NCBI GenBank assembly: GCA_026401035.1
Contig: JAPLNR010000068.1
Location: 17,391-81,390 of the forward strand
DNA: 64,000 bases
Direction of reading: 5' to 3'
From: Planctomycetia bacterium
Lineage (GTDB): Bacteria > Planctomycetota > Planctomycetia > Pirellulales > UBA1268
Part shown: positions 28,300 to 37,665 of the stretch, in pieces
Position numbering within the stretch: the stretch's first letter is position 1
Layout of the letters: each line of letters begins with the position of its first letter
Position numbers and translations under genes: made by a program
The notes under the pieces: generated by a model
Seen by the model: the letters and a program-made list of their open reading frames with translations, nothing else
Databases searched by the model: none
What the model was told of the DNA's origin: nothing

Positions 28300-29760
28300 C
28301 TACGCCAAAATGCCCTTCACAACCTTTCCATGAACGTCGGTCAACCGATACCGGCGGCCCTGGAACTTGTAGGTCAGCCGCTCGTGGTCGATGCCCAGAA
28401 GGTGAAGCATCGTGGCGTGGAAATCGTGGATGTGCACGCCATCCTTCACGATGTTGTAGCCGTATTCATCGGTCTCGCCGTACGTGATTCCCGGCTTCAC
28501 GCCGCCGCCGGCCATCCAGACAGTGAAGCACCGCGGGTGATGATCGCGGCCGAAGTTGCCGCCGGGTTTGTAGAGGCCCTGGCAGTAGTTGGTGCGGCCA
28601 AACTCGCCGCCCCAGACCACGAGCGTGTCTTCGAGCATGCCGCGGCTGGCAAGATCCTGCACCAGCGCCGCTGCCGGCTGGTCAGTCTGCTTGCACTCCG
28701 ACCGGATGCCGCCGGGCAGGCCGCCGTGGTGATCCCAGTCCTGATGGTAGAGCTGAATGAACCGCACGCCCCGCTCGGCCAGCCGCCGCGCGAGCAGACA
28801 GTTGGCCGCGAACGTGCCCGGATCCTTGGCGTCGGGGCCGTACATCTCCATGACGCTCTCCGGCTCGTCGGAGAAGTTCGTCACGTCCGGCACGCTCGAC
28901 TGCATGCGGAAGGCCATCTCGTAGTTGTTGATCCGGGCCGTGATCTCGGCGTCGGGAGTGCCGGCGAACTGATGTTCGTGCAGTTGCCGGAGGCCGTCGA
29001 GCACCTGGCGTCGGTTCTCCGCAGACACGCCGGGCGGATTGTTGACGTATAGAACGGGATCGGCACCGGAGCGAAACCGCACGGCCTGATGCTTGGTCGG
29101 CAGGAAGCCCGAGCCCCAGAGATGCGACATCAGAGGCTGGCCGCCCTTGTTCTTCGTGATCAGGACGACGAACGAGGGGAGATCCTCATGGGCGTTGCCG
29201 AGGCCGTAGTCGAGCCAGGCGCCGATGCTCGGCCGGCCCGGGATCTGTGAGCCGCTCTGCATGAACGTCACGCCCGGACCGTGGTTGATGCTCTCCGTAT
29301 GCATCGTGCGGATGAAGCAGAGCCGGTCGGCGATCTTGGCCGTGTAGGGCAGGAGTTCCGAGAGCGACGCACCGCTTTCGCCGTATTGGGCAAACTTGAA
29401 TGGGGAGCCTGCCAGGGGAATCGAACTCTGGTTGCCTGACATGCCGGTCAGCCGCTGGTCGCCGCGGACGCTGTCGGGCAGTTGCTCGCCGTCCTTTTCG
29501 TTCAGCAGCGGCTTGTGGTCATAGAGATCGAGTTGTGACGGACCGCCCGACTGAAAGAGATAGATCACCCGCTTCGCCTTCGGCGGGAAATGAAATCCGC
29601 CCAGCACGCCGCCGGCACCATCCGCCGCGGGCCCATCGCCCAGCGCGGCCTTCCCAAGCATCTCCGCCAAGGCAACCCCGCCCAGCCCCATGCCGAACGA
29701 ATTCAGCAACTCCCGCCGCGAAAAAAGGTGACAGCCACCAAATTTGGGTAATGTGCGCAT
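28300..29760 (-). CDS. DUF1501 domain protein (sulfatase-like fold, Tat signal)
   Basis: MRTLPKFGGCHLFSRRELLNSFGMGLGGVALA carries a twin-arginine motif. The rest is the typical DUF1501 sequence (...GGEFGRT...). An alternative GTG start at 29814 would overlap the upstream gene by 19 nt. Confidence 0.85.
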   Translation of the reverse strand: MRTLPKFGGCHLFSRRELLNSFGMGLGGVALAEMLGKAALGDGPAADGAGGVLGGFHFPPKAKRVIYLFQSGGPSQLDLYDHKPLLNEKDGEQLPDSVRGDQRLTGMSGNQSSIPLAGSPFKFAQYGESGASLSELLPYTAKIADRLCFIRTMHTESINHGPGVTFMQSGSQIPGRPSIGAWLDYGLGNAHEDLPSFVVLITKNKGGQPLMSHLWGSGFLPTKHQAVRFRSGADPVLYVNNPPGVSAENRRQVLDGLRQLHEHQFAGTPDAEITARINNYEMAFRMQSSVPDVTNFSDEPESVMEMYGPDAKDPGTFAANCLLARRLAERGVRFIQLYHQDWDHHGGLPGGIRSECKQTDQPAAALVQDLASRGMLEDTLVVWGGEFGRTNYCQGLYKPGGNFGRDHHPRCFTVWMAGGGVKPGITYGETDEYGYNIVKDGVHIHDFHATMLHLLGIDHERLTYKFQGRRYRLTDVHGKVVKGILA

Positions 29761-29805
29761 GCTCGCCTGCCTATCTTGCCTAGATTTGGTGGCTGTCACC
29801 TTTTT
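29722..29805 (-). promoter_or_regulatory. perfect 22-bp inverted repeat (40-nt spacer) spanning the PSD-gene stop and the DUF1501 start
   Basis: 29722-29743 (AAAAAGGTGACAGCCACCAAAT) is the exact reverse complement of 29784-29805. The spacer holds the ATG at 29760-29758. The upstream gene's TGA (29798-29796) lies inside one arm. Confidence 0.8.
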
Positions 29806-32800
29806 ACGACGCACCCATCGTAGTTCATCAGGGCGTTGATCACACTGGCCGCAGCGGCCACGTCAACGGCTGCCAACGCGGCGTTGGGCTTCCGATCGCC
29901 GACGGCGACCAGTTTCGCCGCGTCATCGGGGTGGGCCCGATACCATGCCAGTTGTTCGGCGTGCATCCGGCGGATGATTTGCCGTTCTTCATCGTCTGGT
30001 TGCCGGTTGGTCAGTAGATAAAACGCCCGGTCGAGTGTGCGATCTGCCTGGCCGTCATAGTCCGCCAGAAGCGTTTCGGCGAGCACCCGGGCCGCCTCGA
30101 CGAATTGTGGGCCGTTCATGAGCACGAAGGCATGCAGGGGCGTGTTCGTGGCATCGCGCTTGGCCACGCAGACCACCCGCTTCGGTACATCGAAGCTTTC
30201 AAGCATCGGGGCCGGGCCGGTCCGCCGCCAGAAGGTGTAGAGGCTGCGGCGATAGAGCGCCTCCCCCTTGTCGGCAGCGGAGGGCTTGAACGACTCCGGC
30301 ATGTCATAGGTCTTCACCGGGGGTCCACCCCGCTTGTCGACGAGCAATCCGCTGGCGGCCAGTGCGCCGTCGCGAATCATCTCGGCCGGCAGCCGATGCC
30401 GCGGTCCGCGGGCGAGCCAGATATTCAGCGGGTCGTCGGCCATCGTCTTCACGTCGGCGATGCTCTGCTGCCGGTAGGTCTGCGAGAGCATGGCCGTCTT
30501 GATCAAGAGCTTCATGTCCCAACCGAAGCCGCCCTCCGCCACCGGATGGGAGAACTGCCAGGCCAAGAGGTCGAGCAGTTCCGGATATTCCGGCCGCGTC
30601 GACTGGCTGCCGAGATCCTCGGGCGACTGCACGAGCCCGACGCCGAAGAGCGACTGCCAGAGCCTGTTGACCGTCACCCGCGCCAGCAGCGGATGGTCAG
30701 GATCGACGAGCCAGCGGGCGAGGCCCAGCCGGTTCTTCGGCTGGTCGGCAGGGAAGGGGGGCAGCACTTCCGGTGTGTTCGGCTCGACCGGTGCGCCACG
30801 CATGCTGTATTCGCCCCGTTCGAGCACATAGGCCATCTTCGGCTGCGGCAGTTCCCGCATGACCATGACCTCCTGCGGCTTCTCGGCAAGATCATCGCGG
30901 GACCGCCGCGCGTCCTCGAGGGCTTTCCGCTTCGCGGCCGTAATGCCGTCGAAGGCGGCTGCGACATAGTCACCAAGCAACTCCGCCGACTGCCTCTCGG
31001 CGATCGCCACCTTGATCGCTCCCGGCTCGAACGTCTCCCGCACCTCGAGCGGCGAAAGCAGCCGATCGAAAACGCGAAAGTCATCGACAAGGCCGTCCTT
31101 GAAGCCGCTGTCGCGCATCCGCTCGCCGATCCGGATCTGGTCGCCCCCGCCGCCGGTGATCTCGCGGGTGAGACTGTCACGCACCACCTCCGTGGCCGCA
31201 GGATGGCCGTTGACAAAGACCTTCAGGCCCGCCGCCATGCTTGAACCGTCGCTCGACACGGCCACGTGCACCCACTCGCCGACAGGGAGCGCTTCCGCTA
31301 CCCGCACCGACACGGCATCTCCCGGCCAGAAGTGAATGAGCGACCAGCGGAGATGGCCGTCGGCGACGAGCAGTTCGTAGCCACGGCTGCCGGCATCGGT
31401 CCAGGCCTGCGAGCGATGAAACACGACGGCTCGTTCATATTTTGTCGGCGCCTTGATCCAGAGCGACACGGTGAACGGATGACTGCGGTGGAAATTACCA
31501 ACTGGTGTCTGCACGGGGTGGTCGCCGGTAAGCCTGATCGCCTCGCCATGCCTGCCTGCGACGAGCGTATTCTCGGCGGGTGATGTCGCCGGCTCGTTGT
31601 TGCCCAGGCCACTGGCAAACTTCCCGTCCTTGCCACGAGCGTCGAACGAGTAGCGGACGATCTCGCCCGGAATTGTTCCGCCAGCGGCGTCGAGCGCGAT
31701 TGGCATCACCGCCTTGCCGGCGATCCAGTCGGCCACGGCTGTCCGCACGCCGGCCTCGCTCACAGCCAACTCAGCCGCCGCCTCGCCGCAGGCCTCGTCG
31801 GCCTTCGCGAGCGCCGTCGCCGCCTGTCCATCGAGGATCCGCATCTTCGGCGTCGGCACCGACTGCGTGAAGAAGGAATAGAGCCCCGCCTCGTCGACGT
31901 CGTCGAAGAAGGCGAAGAACTGATAAAATTCCTTCTGCGCCAGCGGGTCGAATTTGTGGTCGTGGCAGCGGCAGCATTCGAGCGTGAGCCCGAGAAACGC
32001 CGTCCCGAACGTGGTCACGCGGTCGTTGATGGAGTTGACGCGATACTCCTCCTCGACCGATCCACCTTCGCACTCCTGTTGGTGAAGTCGGTTGAACGCC
32101 GTGGCCAGAAGTTGCTCGTCGGTGGCGCCGGGCAACAGATCACCGGCCAGTTGCCAGAGCGCGAACTGGTCGTACGGCAGGTTCTTGTTGAAGGCAGAGA
32201 TCACCCAGTCGCGCCACGGCCACATCGTGGGCCGCTCGCGGTCGACCTGAAAGCCGTAGCTGTCGGAGTAGCGGGCAAGATCCATCCAGTCGGCGGCCAT
32301 CCGTTCGCCGTAGTGTGGGCTCGCAAGCAGCCGATCGAGCAGTTTCTCATACGCATCGGGGGATGTGTCGGCGACGAAGGCCTCCACGTCGCCCGCACTC
32401 GGAGGCAGGCCGGTGATGTCGAACGAGGCGCGGCGAATGAGCGTAACCCTGTCGGCCTCGGGCTGATGCTTCAATCCTCGCTTGGCAAGTTTTTCCGCCA
32501 CGATCGCATCGATCGGCTGAACGCCCGGTGATCCTTCCGGGCGGCCGGGCTTGACCGGCGACACGAATGCCCAGTGCGGCTCGTATTTTGCTCCTTCGGC
32601 AATCCACTGCTTGAGCGTCGCCACCTGCTCCGGGGAAAGCCGGCCGATCTTCGCCTCAGGGGGCGGCATGACGCTGTCGGGGTCGGCGGAGATGATCCGC
32701 GCCACGAGTTCGCTGGCATCGATGTCCTCCGGCACGATCGCCCGCGTGCCGCTCTCCAATTCCTCCGTGGCCTTATCGGCCACGTCGAGGCGGAGCCCCG

Positions 32801-33026
32801 CCTGCCGGTTGGCGTTGTCCGGGCCGTGGCAGGCGAAACAGTTGTCGGAGAGAATCGGCCGGATGTCGTTATTGAAGGAGAGCCGCGGCTGCGATGGGGC
32901 AACCACTGCCGCGGATGGCGCGGCTGCGCAAATCAGGCCGGCAGCACTGAAGCACACCGCACCAAAGGCGGCAATCGAAAGGCCCCAGAAGAGTGCCGTG
33001 CGATAGACGTGCTTCGAGCAACCCAT
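29796..33026 (-). CDS. PSCyt1 (planctomycete cytochrome c) - DUF1549 - LamG - DUF1553 protein
   Basis: A signal peptide is followed by the CFACHGPD heme-like motif. DUF1549 is recognisable from ASPHYGERMAADWMDLARYSDS. A LamG-like insert is marked by DDFRVFDRLLSP. DUF1553 is recognisable from VNRLWQSLFGVGLV...TNTPLHAFVLMNGP. Confidence 0.9.
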   Translation of the reverse strand: MGCSKHVYRTALFWGLSIAAFGAVCFSAAGLICAAAPSAAVVAPSQPRLSFNNDIRPILSDNCFACHGPDNANRQAGLRLDVADKATEELESGTRAIVPEDIDASELVARIISADPDSVMPPPEAKIGRLSPEQVATLKQWIAEGAKYEPHWAFVSPVKPGRPEGSPGVQPIDAIVAEKLAKRGLKHQPEADRVTLIRRASFDITGLPPSAGDVEAFVADTSPDAYEKLLDRLLASPHYGERMAADWMDLARYSDSYGFQVDRERPTMWPWRDWVISAFNKNLPYDQFALWQLAGDLLPGATDEQLLATAFNRLHQQECEGGSVEEEYRVNSINDRVTTFGTAFLGLTLECCRCHDHKFDPLAQKEFYQFFAFFDDVDEAGLYSFFTQSVPTPKMRILDGQAATALAKADEACGEAAAELAVSEAGVRTAVADWIAGKAVMPIALDAAGGTIPGEIVRYSFDARGKDGKFASGLGNNEPATSPAENTLVAGRHGEAIRLTGDHPVQTPVGNFHRSHPFTVSLWIKAPTKYERAVVFHRSQAWTDAGSRGYELLVADGHLRWSLIHFWPGDAVSVRVAEALPVGEWVHVAVSSDGSSMAAGLKVFVNGHPAATEVVRDSLTREITGGGGDQIRIGERMRDSGFKDGLVDDFRVFDRLLSPLEVRETFEPGAIKVAIAERQSAELLGDYVAAAFDGITAAKRKALEDARRSRDDLAEKPQEVMVMRELPQPKMAYVLERGEYSMRGAPVEPNTPEVLPPFPADQPKNRLGLARWLVDPDHPLLARVTVNRLWQSLFGVGLVQSPEDLGSQSTRPEYPELLDLLAWQFSHPVAEGGFGWDMKLLIKTAMLSQTYRQQSIADVKTMADDPLNIWLARGPRHRLPAEMIRDGALAASGLLVDKRGGPPVKTYDMPESFKPSAADKGEALYRRSLYTFWRRTGPAPMLESFDVPKRVVCVAKRDATNTPLHAFVLMNGPQFVEAARVLAETLLADYDGQADRTLDRAFYLLTNRQPDDEERQIIRRMHAEQLAWYRAHPDDAAKLVAVGDRKPNAALAAVDVAAAASVINALMNYDGCVVKR

Positions 33027-33142
33027 GTGACCGTGTCCTGTCAGGGCTACCCGCGTCGCCGATTCGGAACGGTGGCCGAATCGCGGACCAGTGATGGTCG
33101 GTCAGCGGGACGGCGACTGACATGCAGCCGCCACATCGCCCC

Positions 33143-33171
33143 ATTCTAGCAACGTAAGCGACCACCGCCAA
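33143..33171 (-). promoter_or_regulatory. candidate sigma70-type promoter for the PSD/DUF1501 operon
   Basis: The minus strand reads TTGGCG-N17-TAGAAT, with a TG one nt upstream of the -10 (TGcTAGAAT). It lies about 115 nt upstream of the ATG. The leader contains the hairpin CGATTCGG-N8-CCGAATCG. This is by-eye consensus matching only. Confidence 0.3.
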
Positions 33172-33230
33172 AGAGATATTCGGAGGTGCTGCGCACCCAA
33201 GCACATTCCCCAATTACAAGACGATTCCGC

Positions 33231-34802
33231 TCAGTGCTCGAGCGTCGCGAGTTCTTTTTCAAGCGATTGGCGCATACGGGCAGCGACGTCGGGGAATTTA
33301 TCCGCCACGTCGGTGGTTTCGCCGGGATCGCCTGCGAGGTCGTAGAGCGATTCTTGGGCTGCATCGAGTAACGCCGAACTCGCTCCGGCCTTGCCGGCCA
33401 TCTTCCGCGGCAATCGGACCAGCTTCCACTTTCCTTCCCGGAAGCCAAAACGGCCCGACGATCCGTGGTCCTGCTGCAACAGCGCCGTGCGGCCGCGGGC
33501 CCCGGCATCGCCCAGCAGGGCGCCGAGCACGTCCACGCTGTCGGGAAATCCACCCGCGGAAATGGCCTGCCCGGCGAGCGTCGCGAGGCTCGCCGCGAGG
33601 TCGATCGTGCATACGATCTCGTCTGATTCCCCCGGCGCGATCCGGCCCGGCCACCAGGCAATGAACGGCGTGCGCGTGCCCCCCTCATAGACGCTGTATT
33701 TGCCACCGCGAAACGGCCCCGCCGGAGCATGATCGCCAAGCTTCTCGACAGCGTCGTCCTTATAGCCGTCGTCGAGCACGGGGCCGTTGTCGCTGCAGAA
33801 GATTACGAGCGTGTCTTTCGCGATGCCTAGCCGTTCGAGCGCGGCCGTCACTTCCCCCACGGTCCAGTCGAGTTGCGCGATGCAATCGCCGCGTGGCCCG
33901 AGCGGCGTCGCGGCCTGAAACCGTTCGTGCGCGGCACGTGGCACGTGGATGTCGTGCGACGCAAGGAACAGAAAAAACGGCCTGGCATCCGGGGCCTTGT
34001 CATGCGCCTTGATCCAGCGGACGCTTTCGGCCACCCACGCATCGGCCAGATCCTCATCACGAAACCGCGCCGCAGTGCCTCCCGTGTAGAAGCCGATCCG
34101 TCCGATACCGTTATGAATCGTATTGTTGTGGCCATGCGACCAATCCATCTTGAGGCGATCGCGATGGTCGACGCCATTGACGTGATCCGGTGAAGGCTTT
34201 TTATCCCCCACCCAGAGCGGATCGGCCGGGTCGAGGTTGTTCACGCGATGATCCGCGACGAATACCTGCGGCACTCGGTCGTTCGTGGTCGGCAGGATGA
34301 AGCAGTGATCAAAGCCAACCTCCAGCGGCCCGGGCGCGAGGGTGCCGTTCCAGTCGGGACCTGTTTCGTTTTTGCCCAGGCCAAGGTGCCACTTGCCGAC
34401 GACCGCGGTTGCGTAGCCAGCCTGTTTCAGCATGCCAGGCAACGTGGGCATGCCGACGGGAATCACGCATGGCGAGTTTGGCGGAGCAACACCCGTGCCG
34501 GGGCGGCGGAAGGCGTATTCACCTGTCAGAAACGAATACCGCGTGGGCGTGCAGGTCGAGGCCGAGCAGTAGCCGCTCGTGAACCGGCGGCCTTCTCTGG
34601 CGAGCCGATCGATGTGAGGCGTCTTGACCCGCGTGGCCCCGTTGCACGACACATCGCCAAACCCCAGATCGTCGGCCATGATCACGACGACGTTCGGCAG
34701 CCGATGGTTCTCCGCCAAGGCAGCGGCCGGGCTGGCAGCGATGGCCGTCACGGCAATCGCTATCGCCGCCAGAAACAATCGCACACTGGGCATCACGGCC
34801 AT
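33231..34802 (-). CDS. arylsulfatase (formylglycine-dependent sulfatase family)
   Basis: A signal peptide is followed by PNVVVIMADDLGFGD and the sulfatase signature CTPTRYSFLTG (CxPxR). The start is trimmed to MAVMPSV (34802). Confidence 0.9.
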   Translation of the reverse strand: MAVMPSVRLFLAAIAIAVTAIAASPAAALAENHRLPNVVVIMADDLGFGDVSCNGATRVKTPHIDRLAREGRRFTSGYCSASTCTPTRYSFLTGEYAFRRPGTGVAPPNSPCVIPVGMPTLPGMLKQAGYATAVVGKWHLGLGKNETGPDWNGTLAPGPLEVGFDHCFILPTTNDRVPQVFVADHRVNNLDPADPLWVGDKKPSPDHVNGVDHRDRLKMDWSHGHNNTIHNGIGRIGFYTGGTAARFRDEDLADAWVAESVRWIKAHDKAPDARPFFLFLASHDIHVPRAAHERFQAATPLGPRGDCIAQLDWTVGEVTAALERLGIAKDTLVIFCSDNGPVLDDGYKDDAVEKLGDHAPAGPFRGGKYSVYEGGTRTPFIAWWPGRIAPGESDEIVCTIDLAASLATLAGQAISAGGFPDSVDVLGALLGDAGARGRTALLQQDHGSSGRFGFREGKWKLVRLPRKMAGKAGASSALLDAAQESLYDLAGDPGETTDVADKFPDVAARMRQSLEKELATLEH

Positions 34803-34997
34803 GACCGTCTCCTCGAAAACGCACGCCATCATGAAAAAATAGAAACCGCTGGGCGAGTCTACCACCGACCCGAGTCCCATGGCCCGTGTCGCTTCCCTCA
34901 CCTTTGCTCCAGCGGGCTGCTCGTGAACATGCGAGCCCGCACGGCGTCCGACTGCCTAGGGCACCCTGCTTTCGCACAAAGAACCGGGCCGCGGTGG

Positions 34998-35879
34998 TCA
35001 CCCCGCGCCGAGAAAATTCGGCCGCAGGCGGTGGGCACCCGATTCGTGCTGCTTGAGGATGCCGACGAGGCTGCCTGAGGCGTCGACGGCGGCGAGCGCC
35101 GGGGCCGGAGAGCCCGGCACTGCGATCAGACCGCCGCGGATCGCGCGGGCGAGTTCGTCGGCGTCGAGAATGACCTGACGCAGATGCGGGATCGCCGCGG
35201 CCGGCGGGAGCATCACAGCGAGGACTGAATCCCGCGTCACCGCATCGAGCGGCAGCGACTGACTTTGCGTGAACGGACCGACGGCCGTCCGCACCAGCGA
35301 CTCCATCACGGCCTTCGTGCCGAGGGCCTCGGCCAGATCGCGACCGATCGCCCGAATGAACGTACCCGACGAGCAGACGACGTCGAGACCGAGCCGCGGC
35401 CAGTCGTAGGCCGTGATCTCCAGGCGGTCGATCCGCACCGGCTTTTCCGCCAGCTCGACGGCCCGCCCCTTCCGCGCAAGCCGATAGGCCCGCTTGCCGT
35501 CGACGTGCACCGCCGAATAATCGCAGGGCCGCTGGAGGATCTCGCCGCGAAACGTCGCGGCGGCCGCTTCGATTTCGGCCTGCGTCGGGCGGACGGGATT
35601 CTCCTCGACCTCGATCGCCGTTTCGAAATCGTCCGACGGGCTCGAGCGACCGAGCAAAAACACCGACGAATAGTGCTTCGGCAGTTCGTGCAGGTAATCG
35701 ACGAGCCTCGTGGCGTGGCCGACACACACGACCACGACGCCGCAGGCAAGCGGATCGAGCGTGCCCGCATGGCCGACCGTCTTCATGCCAAGCGCCCGCG
35801 CCACCGCATCGACGACGCGGCGCGACGACACGCCGGTCGGCTTGTCGACCGGAATCAAGCCGCTCAATGGGTGCTGCAT
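34998..35879 (-). CDS. truB: tRNA pseudouridine(55) synthase TruB
   Basis: GLIPVDKPTGVSSRRVV...GHAGTLDPLACGVVVVCVG contains the catalytic-Asp motif. Confidence 0.92.
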   Translation of the reverse strand: MQHPLSGLIPVDKPTGVSSRRVVDAVARALGMKTVGHAGTLDPLACGVVVVCVGHATRLVDYLHELPKHYSSVFLLGRSSPSDDFETAIEVEENPVRPTQAEIEAAAATFRGEILQRPCDYSAVHVDGKRAYRLARKGRAVELAEKPVRIDRLEITAYDWPRLGLDVVCSSGTFIRAIGRDLAEALGTKAVMESLVRTAVGPFTQSQSLPLDAVTRDSVLAVMLPPAAAIPHLRQVILDADELARAIRGGLIAVPGSPAPALAAVDASGSLVGILKQHESGAHRLRPNFLGAG

Positions 35880-37396
35880 CGGATTGCAAAGGCGTAGAGT
35901 TCGGCGATCTCTCCCGGCGATTTGCCGGCGAGTTGCATCCGCCGCCGGAGCGTGGAGGGATCATCGACTGCGCCGGCCACGAGCCGGTCGAATTTAAGGT
36001 TGACGACCGCCGCGGTGCGAGCGGCATCGGACCGGGCATGGCCGAGCGGGAAGTTCACGAGGCCGCCGCCGAGCGGGCCGAGCGCCGCATGCTCGACCGC
36101 CACGCTCGTCGGGATGCCCTCGGGATATTTTTCGTCGTAGGCCGGGCCACCATGCTCAATCACGATCCTCTCGATCAGCCGCTTGATCTCCGGATCGCGG
36201 ATCGCCTCGTTTGAATAATCCTCCGGCAAGAGCATCAGCGAATCCCAGCCGACGGGCACGCCGCGGGAGGCTGCGTCGCGGGCTTTGAGCAGCGTCTTCG
36301 CGAGAATGTAGGGGAGCGAGTGGTCGGCCGACTGCCGCGTGGTCGGCGAACGCTTCGCCGGATCGGCGATGATCGAATAGGCCGGCTCATAGATCTTCAC
36401 CTTGATCGCGTGGAGCGCATCGAGATCGCGGGCCAGTTCGGGCTGCGCCGTGAACAAGTCGACGAGCGATTGCAGCGCCCCGGCCGACTGGTGCTCATAG
36501 AGGCCGAGCTTGAAGTGCATCGCGTGGATCGCGAAGGCGTCGCCCCCCACGCCGAGTTCCAGATCGAACGGACTCTCGCCGTTCGGGCAAGGCTCGTTGA
36601 GCCGGTAGATCGCGAGCGGGTTGCGAAACACGTCCTGCGGGCCGACGAACCCCGCCAGCGACCGCCGGGCACTCATCACGGCCGCCTCCGCAGCGAGCGC
36701 CGCCGACGCCCCCTTCGAATCGGAGAGCTGATGGCCGGCGCGAATCGCCCGAAATGGCACATAGTGGGCCACAGCCATGCCGATCGCCGACTCGATCTGG
36801 TCTTCCGTGCCGCCGAGGGCGGCGGCGTAGGCGGCCGCGCATGCGACGGTGCCATGGTGGACGTGGTCGATCGCATACTTCCGCAGCGCAAAGACCTCGG
36901 CGAGCCGGCCGCGAATCTCGTCGATCAAGAGCATCACGCGGAGCGTCGCATCGCCGTCGAGCCCCGCCTCCCGGGCCGCCGCGATCGCGACGGGGTAATA
37001 GTCGTTGTGGCCAAACTCGCCGGCCGTCCGCCCCTTCGCCTTGTCGTAGCCGAAGTTCGTGCCGTTGGAGTCCCACTCACGGACGGCCGACGCATTGGCC
37101 GCCACTGCCTTTTCAATGGCACAGGGCTGGGCTGAGCCGAAGCAGATGCCGCCGCGGGTGCCTGCGGCCGCCGGCGAGCCAAGCGCCTCGCGGCGGAGCA
37201 CCGTCGGGGCATTCGCGCCGAGGGCGAGCGCCGACACGCCGCAGCCGACGCTGTCGAGGTGAAACTGCTCGAGCCTCTCGAGCGTGGCCTGCCCGATCGG
37301 CTGCGGTGACTCGAGAAACTCGAGGCAATACCGGGCGAGGCCACGGGCCTGGTTCGCGGTCCGCGGCAGGACCAGGGTGGAGTGGGTTTCGCTCAT
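35864..37396 (-). CDS. MmgE/PrpD-family protein (2-methylcitrate dehydratase-like)
   Basis: About 510 aa. The overall PrpD-like sequence was recognised by eye (HxLDxxG-type N-terminal region, ...SADHSLPYILA...). The start is trimmed to MSETHSTL (37396). The 3' end overlaps the truB start by 16 nt. Confidence 0.7.
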   Translation of the reverse strand: MSETHSTLVLPRTANQARGLARYCLEFLESPQPIGQATLERLEQFHLDSVGCGVSALALGANAPTVLRREALGSPAAAGTRGGICFGSAQPCAIEKAVAANASAVREWDSNGTNFGYDKAKGRTAGEFGHNDYYPVAIAAAREAGLDGDATLRVMLLIDEIRGRLAEVFALRKYAIDHVHHGTVACAAAYAAALGGTEDQIESAIGMAVAHYVPFRAIRAGHQLSDSKGASAALAAEAAVMSARRSLAGFVGPQDVFRNPLAIYRLNEPCPNGESPFDLELGVGGDAFAIHAMHFKLGLYEHQSAGALQSLVDLFTAQPELARDLDALHAIKVKIYEPAYSIIADPAKRSPTTRQSADHSLPYILAKTLLKARDAASRGVPVGWDSLMLLPEDYSNEAIRDPEIKRLIERIVIEHGGPAYDEKYPEGIPTSVAVEHAALGPLGGGLVNFPLGHARSDAARTAAVVNLKFDRLVAGAVDDPSTLRRRMQLAGKSPGEIAELYAFAIRCSTH

Positions 37397-37410
37397 GCCG
37401 GCAGGATACA

Positions 37411-37466
37411 CTGCGGGCCTGCAACCGACGCAGGTGGGCCGCTCTACATTCAGGACGAGGCGACCG
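37411..37466 (+). pseudogene. degenerate duplicate of the Ser/Thr kinase 5' end (ATG mutated to CTG)
   Basis: 37411-37451 matches 39090-39130 at 36 of 41 nt (CTGCGGGCcTGCAACCGACGCAG...). After a roughly 36-nt deletion, ACGAGGCGACCG (37455-37466) matches 39168-39179. Confidence 0.7.
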
Positions 37467-37665
37467 CTCAACCAGCAGTTTTTCACTGTCGGCGCAGCCC
37501 TTCCCAAAAATCCGGCCAGCGGGCGTCGGTTGTGAGCTCTTCGAAGCCACGGGCCAGAGGCCGCATCCAGCCCGAGCAGCACTGGGCGTTGCTTCAGCGG
37601 CTGCTTCTCGCCCGGCCGATTGGCACCGAGGTGCCGCTGGCCGCCCTATTCTTCAATACTTCGGC

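Noticed and set aside
29761-29814. The longest-ORF start (GTG at 29814) for the DUF1501 gene.
   Set aside because: It adds 18 basic residues (MRRKKVTATKSRQDRQAS) ahead of an otherwise normal Tat signal, and it overlaps the upstream gene by 19 nt. The ATG at 29760 gives a conventional M-x13-SRRELL signal. The longer form is kept as an alternative only.
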